From IMG/VR virus record IMGVR_UViG_3300043406_000167, positions 1 through 30,116 of that record: a stretch of DNA of 30,116 nt. One strand, written 5' to 3'. The notes beneath the pieces are model-generated. The model was not told where the DNA came from. It searched no databases and saw only the letters and a list, made by a program, of their open reading frames with translations. Made by a program: the position numbers and the translations under genes. Positions 16,302-24,579 of the stretch are shown one piece after another (position 1 is the stretch's first letter; the number at the start of each line of letters is the position of its first letter). Origin of the DNA: a virus. Taxonomy: Duplodnaviria > Caudoviricetes.

Positions 16302-16765
16302 CCCGGGGGTTACCGCTCTGCCTAGCCCTGACGCTCTGGGCGGCGCCGGCGCTGGCCCAGCAGACGGCAGCGCAAAAGGTCGCGGACGTGGCCAGCTATG
16401 GCACCTGGGCCGCGGCGATCGTCGTTGACATCGCGCAGGGTGAGCATACCCCGCGCGCCCTCGCCACTGCCGGCCTGCGCTATGGGGCCACCGCGCTGGC
16501 CGTGGCCACTGTCAAGCACTACTTCCCCGCCGCGCGCCCCTGCGCGCCCCAGTGCGGGGTGGACAACCCGATGGCGGACATCCCGAGCGGCCACACGGCG
16601 TTCGCGCTGGCCGCGCTGGATACGAATGGCGGTGGGCGGCGCGTGGCCGTCGGCGTGGGGCTCGGCACGCTCACCGCGGTGCTGCGGATGCGCGCCAATA
16701 AGCACGATCTCGCGGGTGTCGCGGTTGGCGCCGGCCTCGGCTTGCTGACGGGGCAAATTCGATGA
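16298..16765 (+). CDS. PAP2-family membrane phosphatase with signal peptide
   Basis: C1 KHYFPAARP, C2 PSGH, C3 LRMRANKH. Confidence 0.8.
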   Translation: MTRGLPLCLALTLWAAPALAQQTAAQKVADVASYGTWAAAIVVDIAQGEHTPRALATAGLRYGATALAVATVKHYFPAARPCAPQCGVDNPMADIPSGHTAFALAALDTNGGGRRVAVGVGLGTLTAVLRMRANKHDLAGVAVGAGLGLLTGQIR

Positions 16766-17106
16766 GGGCGGCGCTGGCGGCCGTCCTCGCGCTGGCCGCG
16801 GCGGGAGACCGCGGGCTCGCCATCCGCCTCAATCCCCAAGCCATTCTCGCGGGCAACAGCGTCTGGCTGACGTGCCGGGTGACGCCCGACGCGCGCAACC
16901 GCAAGCTCGCGTTTGGCCTCGCGGGTGTCCAAGCCTCCGAGCGCCAGCTCGACGGGGACCACGCGCCGATCACCTGGGGGCCTATCGAATTCAAGCATGT
17001 CCCTTGTGGCGCCGGCCCCGCCTACTGTATCGTGGAGCGCCAGGGCGAGCGGCCCCTCCAGGCGATGGCGGAGCTGAATGTGGGCGGCTGCGAGGGGACG
17101 CGATGA
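16762..17106 (+). CDS. Secreted Cys-containing beta-rich protein
   Basis: Signal peptide MRAALAAVLALAAA; ATGA coupling. Confidence 0.65.
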   Translation: MRAALAAVLALAAAGDRGLAIRLNPQAILAGNSVWLTCRVTPDARNRKLAFGLAGVQASERQLDGDHAPITWGPIEFKHVPCGAGPAYCIVERQGERPLQAMAELNVGGCEGTR

Positions 17107-17339
17107 AGCAACGCCTGGGCGCGAAAAAACACGCGCGTTGCGAGCGCATCGCCGGCCGCCCCTACCGCGCGTGCTACACCAGCGGAAATTACGGCCACGG
17201 CCTCGCGGAATGCTGGTTTGGGGTCGGGGAGTGTGTGCGAGATGCGGATTGGGTGGACTATGTGCAGGGCACGGTAGCACCGAAATATCGCGATGGGCTG
17301 CCGCCGGGCGAAAGGGCCCGTTATGCTGAGCAAAGCTGA
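17103..17339 (+). CDS. Hypothetical protein
   Basis: ATGA-coupled start (MKQRLGAKKH...). Confidence 0.55.
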   Translation: MKQRLGAKKHARCERIAGRPYRACYTSGNYGHGLAECWFGVGECVRDADWVDYVQGTVAPKYRDGLPPGERARYAEQS

Positions 17340-17341
17340 GC

Positions 17342-17369
17342 AGTTATCTGAACATCTATTATCGGACTC
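17342..17369 (-). other. dif-like XerC/XerD site 1
   Basis: GAGTCCGATAA-TAGATG-TTCAGATAACT (11-6-11). Confidence 0.45.
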
Positions 17370-17474
17370 AGTGGAAATAGCCTTTTAAACCACCCTGTGG
17401 AAGGTTTGTGCGGCACTGGCTGACAGCGCGAAATCGGCCAAATACGCGCACTTTCGCCGCTCTCCACGCTCTAG

Positions 17475-17501
17475 TGTCCAGATAATCAAATTATGGTTAA
17501 C
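17475..17501 (+). other. Degenerate dif-like site 2, inverted relative to site 1
   Basis: TGTCCAGATAA-TCAAA-TTATGGTTAAC. Confidence 0.4.
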
Positions 17502-17509
17502 CTAGCAGG

Positions 17510-17549
17510 TGTCAAAAGTTTGACAGTAGGTAACATATCGTGCTATCCT
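17510..17549 (+). promoter_or_regulatory. Sigma70-type promoter for the packaging/structural operon with a palindrome over the -35
   Basis: TTGACA (17520-17525), 18-bp spacer, extended -10 TGcTATCCT; palindrome TGTCAAAagTTTGACA (17510-17525). Confidence 0.7.
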
Positions 17550-17579
17550 GCTGTTGAGGGGATGGTATTAGGGTTACCG

Positions 17580-17849
17580 ATGTCGTCATGGTGGGTGGGG
17601 CTCGATAGACAGGGCCTCAAAGGTCAGATTCCAGAGCAAGAGACGCGTATGCGCGCGGAGGAAGAGGCGCAGCGACAGCGGAAGCTCGCGCGACATCGCT
17701 GCTATAAGCGTCACGGTAGACTCCCCGCTGGATTCTACGCTCAGGATGTCGATGCGATTAATGGGCGTCAGTGGTTAACGCGGCGTGAAGAGGTGCATCA
17801 GATGACGGCGTTACACGAGCATGAGGCGAAGAAAGCAGGGATACGCTGA
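17580..17849 (+). CDS. Hypothetical basic protein (start 17562 or 17580)
   Basis: First ORF after the sigma70 promoter; TGATG coupling to the next ORF. Confidence 0.6.
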   Translation: MSSWWVGLDRQGLKGQIPEQETRMRAEEEAQRQRKLARHRCYKRHGRLPAGFYAQDVDAINGRQWLTRREEVHQMTALHEHEAKKAGIR

Positions 17850-18109
17850 TGCCCGCCCCGCTCGTCCGCCTCCCCGGCGCACCGCAAGGCCCCGCCGCCC
17901 AAGGCCCCGCCGCTCCACGCCCCCAGCGCCTCGCCCCGAGCCCCGGCACGGTCCAGGGCCAGCCCATCCCGCCTCAACGGCCCACGATGCCGCCAATGGG
18001 TGGGGCTCTGGACCCGATGCAGGCGCAGGGTGGGGCCATGGCTCCCCCGCCGATGCAGTTGAACCGCATGGCGATGCTCCAGCAGCTCGGAGCCGGTGGC
18101 GGCCTATAA
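17849..18109 (+). CDS. Pro/Gln/Met-rich low-complexity protein
   Basis: Coupled start; overlaps the terminase start. Confidence 0.6.
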   Translation: MPAPLVRLPGAPQGPAAQGPAAPRPQRLAPSPGTVQGQPIPPQRPTMPPMGGALDPMQAQGGAMAPPPMQLNRMAMLQQLGAGGGL

Positions 18110-19679
18110 AACCCACGGGCTGTGCCGCTGCTGCTGGTGTGGACGTGCTCTCATCCAGTTGGACGGACAGCGACACTGGTGGTGCGCCACGCGCGAGTGT
18201 GCCACGCGCCAGCTCCAGTATGCGTTTACGCGAGTTGAGGGAAGCCACACCTCGTATCTCTATCTGCCCTCACCTAAACAGGCCGTCTGGCACGCTGCGT
18301 GCCTCGATCCGCGACTTCGCCGACTACTTGTCGGGGGCGCCGCTGCACCCGGTAAGTCCTACTGGCTTCGCCAAACTCTCTATCAGTTTGCACTGCGGGT
18401 GCCGGGGTTTCACGCGCTGCTTCTCCGACGAACCCACAAGGACCTAGACCAGAGCCACCTGCGATTTCTGCCCCACGAGGTCGCGCAGCTCGGGGGGACA
18501 TGGAGGGCCACGGATCGCCTCGCAGTCTTCAGCCATCCCGGCCGCCCCGACGCCATCATCCGCCCGGGCCACATGGAATCCGACAACGACGTCGAGAACT
18601 ACCTGTCGGCCGAGTATGACGTCATCGCCCCCGACGAGCTGGTGACCTTCAAGCGCGATGTGATGCTCGAACTTTTCACCAGGGCGCGCACCACCAACCC
18701 CGCCATGACGGCGCTACGCGGCGATGCGGCCTCGGACTACGACGGCGCGTTCGTGATTGCCGCGAGCAACCCGGGCGGCCAAAACGCGCAGTGGATCAAG
18801 GACCTGTTCATCGACCGGGAGCCCGACCGCGACGAATTCCCGGGCTACATCGCGGACCAGTGGGCGTTCTATCCCGCGAAGCTCGTTGATAACCCCTATG
18901 TCAGCATCCAAGGCTACACCGAGTCGCTGTCTACACTGCGGGATGCCCGTAAGCGGCAATTGCTCGACGGGGACTGGACTGTATTCGAGGGGCAATTCTT
19001 CGACAATTTCAAGCCCGCGCGCCATGTGCGTGATGCCGGGCCACTTTCGCCGGACCATAAGCGGTTCCTATCTCTGGATTGGGGCCTCGGCTCCCCCGGC
19101 TGCGTGCTGTGGTGGGTCTGCTTCCCTGACGGCCACTACCACATCGAGCAGGAATACAAGTTCAACGGCGAGGTAGGCACGAAGGTCTACGTGAAGGATT
19201 GCGCCGAGGAAATCAAGCGGCGCTGCCGCGACCTCGGGCTGCCGCGCGTGCCCCTATGCTGGGTAGACCCCGACATCACGCTGAACAAGGGGCAGATTGG
19301 CGAGTCCATCGCCGAAACCTTCCAGCGCCATGGCGTCCCGACCATGAAGTCCACCAATGATCGCGTGAACGGCTGGCAGCGCGTCTACGAGATGTTTCGC
19401 GATGCCCCCGATGGCGAGCCCTGGCTGACCATTGACCCGGGCTGCCGCTACCTGATCCGCACGCTCCCGACGCAGGTGCAGGATAAGGCGAATCCCGAGG
19501 ACCTCGATACGCACGGCGATGACCACGCGGTGGATGCGCTGCGATACGGGGCGATGTCGCGCCCGAGCGTGGCCGTCCAGAGCAAGGCGCCGCTCATGCA
19601 GCCCTACTCTCCAGCGTGGTGGCGTGCACAGAATCGCCCCACGAACCCCGGCTTGCTCGGCTCCGAGGTGCCGCGATGA
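18096..19679 (+). CDS. terL: Terminase large subunit with N-terminal Cys-rich extension
   Basis: PKQ, GGAAAPGKS, LLRRT, PDEL, SNPGG, DNPY, LLDGDW, LDWG, DDHAVDALRY. Confidence 0.93.
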   Translation: MAAYKTHGLCRCCWCGRALIQLDGQRHWWCATRECATRQLQYAFTRVEGSHTSYLYLPSPKQAVWHAACLDPRLRRLLVGGAAAPGKSYWLRQTLYQFALRVPGFHALLLRRTHKDLDQSHLRFLPHEVAQLGGTWRATDRLAVFSHPGRPDAIIRPGHMESDNDVENYLSAEYDVIAPDELVTFKRDVMLELFTRARTTNPAMTALRGDAASDYDGAFVIAASNPGGQNAQWIKDLFIDREPDRDEFPGYIADQWAFYPAKLVDNPYVSIQGYTESLSTLRDARKRQLLDGDWTVFEGQFFDNFKPARHVRDAGPLSPDHKRFLSLDWGLGSPGCVLWWVCFPDGHYHIEQEYKFNGEVGTKVYVKDCAEEIKRRCRDLGLPRVPLCWVDPDITLNKGQIGESIAETFQRHGVPTMKSTNDRVNGWQRVYEMFRDAPDGEPWLTIDPGCRYLIRTLPTQVQDKANPEDLDTHGDDHAVDALRYGAMSRPSVAVQSKAPLMQPYSPAWWRAQNRPTNPGLLGSEVPR

Positions 19680-19903
19680 AGGTGCTGCGGATCGCGTGGG
19701 GATTCAGCCTCGTGGCGGTTGGCATCCTCCTGCTGTTCATTCCGGGGCCGGGCCTCACCACCATCGTCAGTGGTCTCGCCATCTTGGCCCGCCACTTCGT
19801 GTGGGCTGCCCGCGCCATCGCCTTGATTCGCAACTACCTCCTCACCACCGCTCGCGTCCTCGACCGCCAACTCGCCCCACGGAGACTACGTAAACGCGCA
19901 TGA
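19676..19903 (+). CDS. PGPGW-like small membrane protein
   Basis: GILLLFIPGPGLTTIVSGLAILARHFVWA; ATGA overlaps at both ends. Confidence 0.75.
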   Translation: MKVLRIAWGFSLVAVGILLLFIPGPGLTTIVSGLAILARHFVWAARAIALIRNYLLTTARVLDRQLAPRRLRKRA

Positions 19904-21954
19904 GCCAAGACTCCAACGACTTCAGCCAAGCTAGCGCGTGGAAGGCCGAGATCGAGCGCTCGCGCCGCGTGGCGGAGCCCTATTGGAGCAATTGGCAGGA
20001 CAACCTCAATAACTACGTCGGGAAGAGCGAGGATGCGGTCGCGGCCAACGCGAATGGCTCGAATTTCGTTAACGTCAATGCGGACTTCTACCACGCCGAG
20101 TTGAAGGTCGCGCAGCTCTTCTATGACACCCCCTCGCTCACGCTGACGAGCCAGGGCGCGTTCAAGCCCCAGAAGCCCGCCGCGCAGATCCCCGGACAGC
20201 CGCCGCAGCCCACGCCGGACGCCGCGCCCATCACCGCCGCCCATCGCACCCTACTCAATGAGCTGCTCGGGCCAAGCCACGCGGATGTCCTGACCACGGT
20301 CCAAAAGGCCATCAAGGATTGCCTGGTGACCGCGGGATGTGGCGCCACGAAAATCGGCTACACGCCCACCATGGAATCCATCGAGGCGCCGCCGCAAATC
20401 GGCAGCGTGCTCGGGCTCACCGGCCCCATCAATCGCCCAGTGGACGAGCAGTGGTATTGGGAGCGCGTGCCCAGCAAAAAGTTCAGGGTCCCCGCCGACT
20501 TTCACGATACCGACTACGACAAATCGCCGTGGCTCGCGATGGAGTTTCGGCTCCCGCTGAGTGATGCCAAACGCACCCTCAACATTCCCGACGACTTCGA
20601 GGGCACCAAGGACCGCGACGACAAGGTGCTGAACGACGCGGCCCCTAACAACAACCGCGACGTTAGCTCGATCCCCTATGTGGACGGTATCGAAATCTGG
20701 TATTACGCGAGCATCTTCGATAAGGATGCGCTGAACCCCAAGGTCATCCGCCGCCACGTCATCGTGGAGGGCGTAGACGAGTTCGTGGAGAAGGACCCGG
20801 GCTCGCCCTTCCAAACGCTGCTGCCGAACGGGAGGCTCAGCGCCGATTCGATGATTGGGTATCCGATCCACGTGCTGACGCTGCGCGATGTGCCCGACTC
20901 GGCCTTTGTGCCCAGCGACTCTAGCATGACCCGCCCGCTGGTCCGTGAGCTGTGCAAGTTCCGCAGCCAGCAGGTGCAGGAGCGCGAGGCGAATCTCCCG
21001 CGCTTCCTCTACGACTCCAGCAAACTCTCCCCCGAGACCGTCCTCAAGATGACCGAGGGCACCATCGGCGCGATGATCCCCGTCATGGAGGACACGCTCG
21101 CCGGGGGCGTGGACCGCGTGATGGCGCAAGTGACCCAGGGTAGCCAGACGCGGGGTAGCTACGCCGCCAACGACTATATCCAGCGCGACCTCGAGAAGAC
21201 GCTGGGCATCGATAGCGGCGGCGCTGGCGTCAAGGATACGGGCAGCTCCCAGAGTGCCACGGAGATCGCCGTCATTGACCGGCAGCGCAATGTGCGCATG
21301 GATGCGGAGCGCCGCCGTGTGTTGGCGTGGTATCTCAAGGGTGTCGAGAAGTTCAGCGCCCTGGTCGCCCGCTTCATGACCCCGCAGCTCGCCGTGCCCT
21401 ACATTGGCGAGAAGCCGGCGCAGGCGTGGGGCCAGTGGGACAAGAAGCAGTGGGATGGGCGGTTCGTCTTCGGGGCCAAGCCCGACTCGCAGGTGAAGCT
21501 GGACGCCGCCGCGGAGCGCAAATACGCCCTTGACCTCTACCAGTTCCTCGCGCGCGACCCCAACGTCAACCGCGTGATGCTGCTCAAGAACCTCGTGGAG
21601 AAGGCGAATCTCGACCCCAGCGAAATCGTCATCGAGCAGCTGCCCGAGAAGCCGCCACCGCCGCCTGGGCTCAACTTCGCGTTCAAGGGCGAGGACCTCG
21701 TGGGGCCCCAAGCGCAGCAGGTGCGGGAGTTGCTCGCCCAGTGCGGCATCCACATCAGCCAGCAATCGATCGACATGAGCGCCTCGCAGCTCTTCCAACA
21801 GATGCAGCTCGGGGTTCGCGACGCCAACGGCAAGGCCATCACCCCCACCGCGCACCCACAGGAACACGCGGGTGTTGCCGAGAAAGTGCGCCCCCTCGAC
21901 CAGCAGAGCGCGGACCAGAGCGGGCAGCGCCCCGGTAGAAAGCCGCTGGCGTAG
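19900..21954 (+). CDS. Portal protein
   Basis: 684 aa after terL; GATKIGY, SATEIA; synteny. Confidence 0.82.
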   Translation: MSQDSNDFSQASAWKAEIERSRRVAEPYWSNWQDNLNNYVGKSEDAVAANANGSNFVNVNADFYHAELKVAQLFYDTPSLTLTSQGAFKPQKPAAQIPGQPPQPTPDAAPITAAHRTLLNELLGPSHADVLTTVQKAIKDCLVTAGCGATKIGYTPTMESIEAPPQIGSVLGLTGPINRPVDEQWYWERVPSKKFRVPADFHDTDYDKSPWLAMEFRLPLSDAKRTLNIPDDFEGTKDRDDKVLNDAAPNNNRDVSSIPYVDGIEIWYYASIFDKDALNPKVIRRHVIVEGVDEFVEKDPGSPFQTLLPNGRLSADSMIGYPIHVLTLRDVPDSAFVPSDSSMTRPLVRELCKFRSQQVQEREANLPRFLYDSSKLSPETVLKMTEGTIGAMIPVMEDTLAGGVDRVMAQVTQGSQTRGSYAANDYIQRDLEKTLGIDSGGAGVKDTGSSQSATEIAVIDRQRNVRMDAERRRVLAWYLKGVEKFSALVARFMTPQLAVPYIGEKPAQAWGQWDKKQWDGRFVFGAKPDSQVKLDAAAERKYALDLYQFLARDPNVNRVMLLKNLVEKANLDPSEIVIEQLPEKPPPPPGLNFAFKGEDLVGPQAQQVRELLAQCGIHISQQSIDMSASQLFQQMQLGVRDANGKAITPTAHPQEHAGVAEKVRPLDQQSADQSGQRPGRKPLA

Positions 21955-22307
21955 TGGGCGAACCGATCCGCAGCAACGCCCTGGCCGCCATTCTCCACGC
22001 GATGCTGGGTGGCGCCGGCGAGGCCTACTCCCTGCCACTGGGCGAGGGGCGGGGACCCATTATCACGCGCGAGGACGCCTCACCCCACGCCGTAGAGCAC
22101 GAGCAATTCCATATTGATGCGGGCAGCCCGACTTCCCCGCGCAATGGCCCCTATGGCAGCGTGGACACCGCGGAGTTCGTGCCCCCGGCACCCCGCAACC
22201 TCCCCGCGCCGCTCGACCCGACGCGCAAACCATCACCTGCCCGCGCGACGCGCATGATGGACGATGACCTCGAAAACCTCATGGTGCAGCGCCGCACGAG
22301 GCGCTAG
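21954..22307 (+). CDS. Hypothetical protein with HExxH motif
   Basis: AVEHEQFH; coupled to the portal stop. Confidence 0.55.
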   Translation: MGEPIRSNALAAILHAMLGGAGEAYSLPLGEGRGPIITREDASPHAVEHEQFHIDAGSPTSPRNGPYGSVDTAEFVPPAPRNLPAPLDPTRKPSPARATRMMDDDLENLMVQRRTRR

Positions 22308-22314
22308 GAGAGCT

Positions 22315-22485
22315 ATGGACGCCAAGTCAATCTTCGCTAGCAAAACCCTCTACGTCAACGCGCTGATGCTCGTGGCGACCTACGGGGGCTACCTGCCCGC
22401 TGAATACGCGGCCGTTACCGTGCCCATCGCTAACATTCTCCTGCGGTTCCTGACCAAGGGGCCGGTGAGCGTCACGGGCCGCTGA
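22315..22485 (+). CDS. Small holin-like membrane protein
   Basis: KSIFASKTLYVN...NILLRFLTKGPV; AGGAG RBS. Confidence 0.7.
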   Translation: MDAKSIFASKTLYVNALMLVATYGGYLPAEYAAVTVPIANILLRFLTKGPVSVTGR

Positions 22486-22910
22486 TGCCGCGCTTCGATA
22501 GCTGGTGCGCCGCCTGTCAGCACGAAGAGCCAATTATCGTGGCGGGCGGAGTGCACCCTCCCTGCGCGCTGTGCGCCGGGCCCACAGAGTATATCTGGCA
22601 CTCCAACCCCGCCTCCATCCAGACCGATGAGGCCTTCATTGGCGGCCAGGTCATCGAGAACCTGGGCCACCAGCCAGTGACCGTGTATTCGCGCACCGAG
22701 CTGAAGCAAGCCATGGCCCGCGCCGGCGTCGAGCAGCGCATCAAGTGGGCGGGGCCCGGCGACAAATACCTGACCAACTGGGCGGCGGGCATCGACCAAT
22801 ACACGCTCGATGCGGCCACCGCGCTCGTGTCCCGCGTGAGCAAGGGGAAATCGGCGGACCCCACCACGCTCGAAACCTTTCAACCCCGCCGCGCCGAGGA
22901 GAGACGGTGA
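22485..22910 (+). CDS. FmdB-like zinc-ribbon protein
   Basis: MPRFDSWCAAC...CALC. Confidence 0.75.
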   Translation: MPRFDSWCAACQHEEPIIVAGGVHPPCALCAGPTEYIWHSNPASIQTDEAFIGGQVIENLGHQPVTVYSRTELKQAMARAGVEQRIKWAGPGDKYLTNWAAGIDQYTLDAATALVSRVSKGKSADPTTLETFQPRRAEERR

Positions 22911-23335
22911 TACTTGGAGCCGATGGGAGACCCGCGCGACACGCGTTCATCCCCTTACCCGCTGGTGCTTCCTGGGCCCTGGTCGATGGGCCAACATTCG
23001 CGATCGAAATCGATGGGTTGCTGCGAGCGGCGCAGGTGGGGCCCTATTGCCTCACGTGCAACAGCCCGATTAGCACCGTCACTTTTCCTGACCGCGTGGA
23101 TTGGCGCTGCGCGCATCGTGCGGGCTGGATTAGCCGCAGTAAACCCAGCGAGGTGGAGCCTCTGCTCCAGCAACTCGGCTGGGGCCTCCGGTGCACGGTC
23201 TGCGCGGGCCCAGTCGCCGGCGACAACAGCAAGGCAGCCACGACCTTCGCGGTTACGTGCGGCTGCACAACGCGTGAGATGCGCAATCCGCTCGCGGTGG
23301 GCGCGGCGGCGATGGCTGGCGTGGGTCGCGGCTAA
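22907..23335 (+). CDS. Double zinc-ribbon hypothetical protein
   Basis: GTGA-coupled; CLTC..CAH, CTVC..CGC. Confidence 0.7.
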   Translation: MILGADGRPARHAFIPLPAGASWALVDGPTFAIEIDGLLRAAQVGPYCLTCNSPISTVTFPDRVDWRCAHRAGWISRSKPSEVEPLLQQLGWGLRCTVCAGPVAGDNSKAATTFAVTCGCTTREMRNPLAVGAAAMAGVGRG

Positions 23336-23340
23336 CATCT

Positions 23341-23490
23341 ATGACGACATACACCGGGGAACCCGTGCGAAACCCATATTGCTCGTGCGCGCACCCCAGC
23401 ATCTTCCAACGCCCCGCGGGCACGGCCGTGTGCCTGACCTGCGGCGGACTCGTCAGGGTCCCGGCGCCACCGCGCGCTGACCGGCCCTAA
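23341..23490 (+). CDS. 49-aa zinc-finger microprotein
   Basis: MTTYTGEPVRNPYCSCAHPSIFQRPAGTAVCLTCGGLVRVPAPPRADRP; not in the ORF track. Confidence 0.55.
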   Translation: MTTYTGEPVRNPYCSCAHPSIFQRPAGTAVCLTCGGLVRVPAPPRADRP

Positions 23491-23610
23491 CCCCCCGGCT
23501 GCAATCAGGCCGGTTGGCGCTGTAAATCGGCGCCTCTCCCTCTCGTTCCGCGCCCTCCGATATAGGGCGCCGCGCTGCCTCGTCTGGCCGCGCGTTCTCC
23601 CAGGTGACCC

Positions 23611-24558
23611 ATGTCCGATATTAGCTCGGCGCCAGCCTCGGGCTCTGGCGCATCCGCGCCCTCATCTGCCCCCTCCAGCACGCCAGCGGCCGCGACAGCG
23701 CCGTCTGGGGGAGCATCGACCGGCAGCGGCTCCGCATCGCAACCAACCGCGGCGAGCGCAGGAACGCCTGCTCAGCCGTCGGGTCAGCCCAACGAACCCC
23801 CGCGGGAACGCTGGAACGACATCCTCGACAACGCGCGCCGCAAAACACGCGCGGAAGTCGCGGCCGAGTATCAGGAACGCTATGGGCGTTTCGAGCAGGA
23901 CCCGTGGGGCGCGGTGCAGGAGTGGCTGGATTCAGCCTCCAAGCACAGCGTCTATGGCCCGCTGGTCAACCAGTGGACCACCGCGCGGGTCAAGCAAAGC
24001 GCACCGCCCGACCTCGGTGAGGAACCGCAGGCCGACATTCCAGTCGTGGATGTGCAGGGCCAAGTCACCAGCCACACCTACAGCGACAAGCAGCTGCGGA
24101 AGTGGCAGAAGTGGAACCAGGCGCAATCGCAGCAGGCGCTTGACCAGCGGCTCGGCTCCATCGAGCAGCAGCAGCAGGCGTGGCAGCAGCGCGAGCAGCA
24201 AGCCCACATCATGCAGCAGGCGCATCAGGGTGCGGCCCAGACGTTGGGCGCCCTTCGCCAGCAACCCTACTTCAAGGAGCACGAAGCGGACATCCGCCAA
24301 GCGCTCATGGAGCATGAGGAATGGGGCGACAACGTGCACGCCGCCTACAACTGGGTCCTCACGAACAAGATACTCCCGACGCTCAGCCAGGCCGAACAGC
24401 GCGCCGTCGTGGACTCCATCAACAACAAGGCTACGGGGGCGAGCATCTCCCCTCGTGGCACAGCGACCGGAACGCCCAAGTTTAAGAGCTTCAAGGACGC
24501 AGCTCGCTACTACGAGGAGCACCCCGACGAAGCCGCAGCCGCAGCGAACCGGCCGTAA
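23611..24558 (+). CDS. Capsid scaffolding protein
   Basis: Low-complexity N-terminus, Gln-rich coiled coil, directly before the capsid gene. Confidence 0.75.
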   Translation: MSDISSAPASGSGASAPSSAPSSTPAAATAPSGGASTGSGSASQPTAASAGTPAQPSGQPNEPPRERWNDILDNARRKTRAEVAAEYQERYGRFEQDPWGAVQEWLDSASKHSVYGPLVNQWTTARVKQSAPPDLGEEPQADIPVVDVQGQVTSHTYSDKQLRKWQKWNQAQSQQALDQRLGSIEQQQQAWQQREQQAHIMQQAHQGAAQTLGALRQQPYFKEHEADIRQALMEHEEWGDNVHAAYNWVLTNKILPTLSQAEQRAVVDSINNKATGASISPRGTATGTPKFKSFKDAARYYEEHPDEAAAAANRP

Positions 24559-24579
24559 CACCTCACAGGACACTCTCAC

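Noticed and set aside
20251-22038. Long antisense ORFs (also 471-1589, 10851-11867, 24586-25422, 26525-27514)
   Set aside because: Expected shadow frames of high-GC3 genes; no motifs
24165-24220. CAG-rich microsatellite
   Set aside because: Encodes the Gln-rich coiled coil of the scaffold protein
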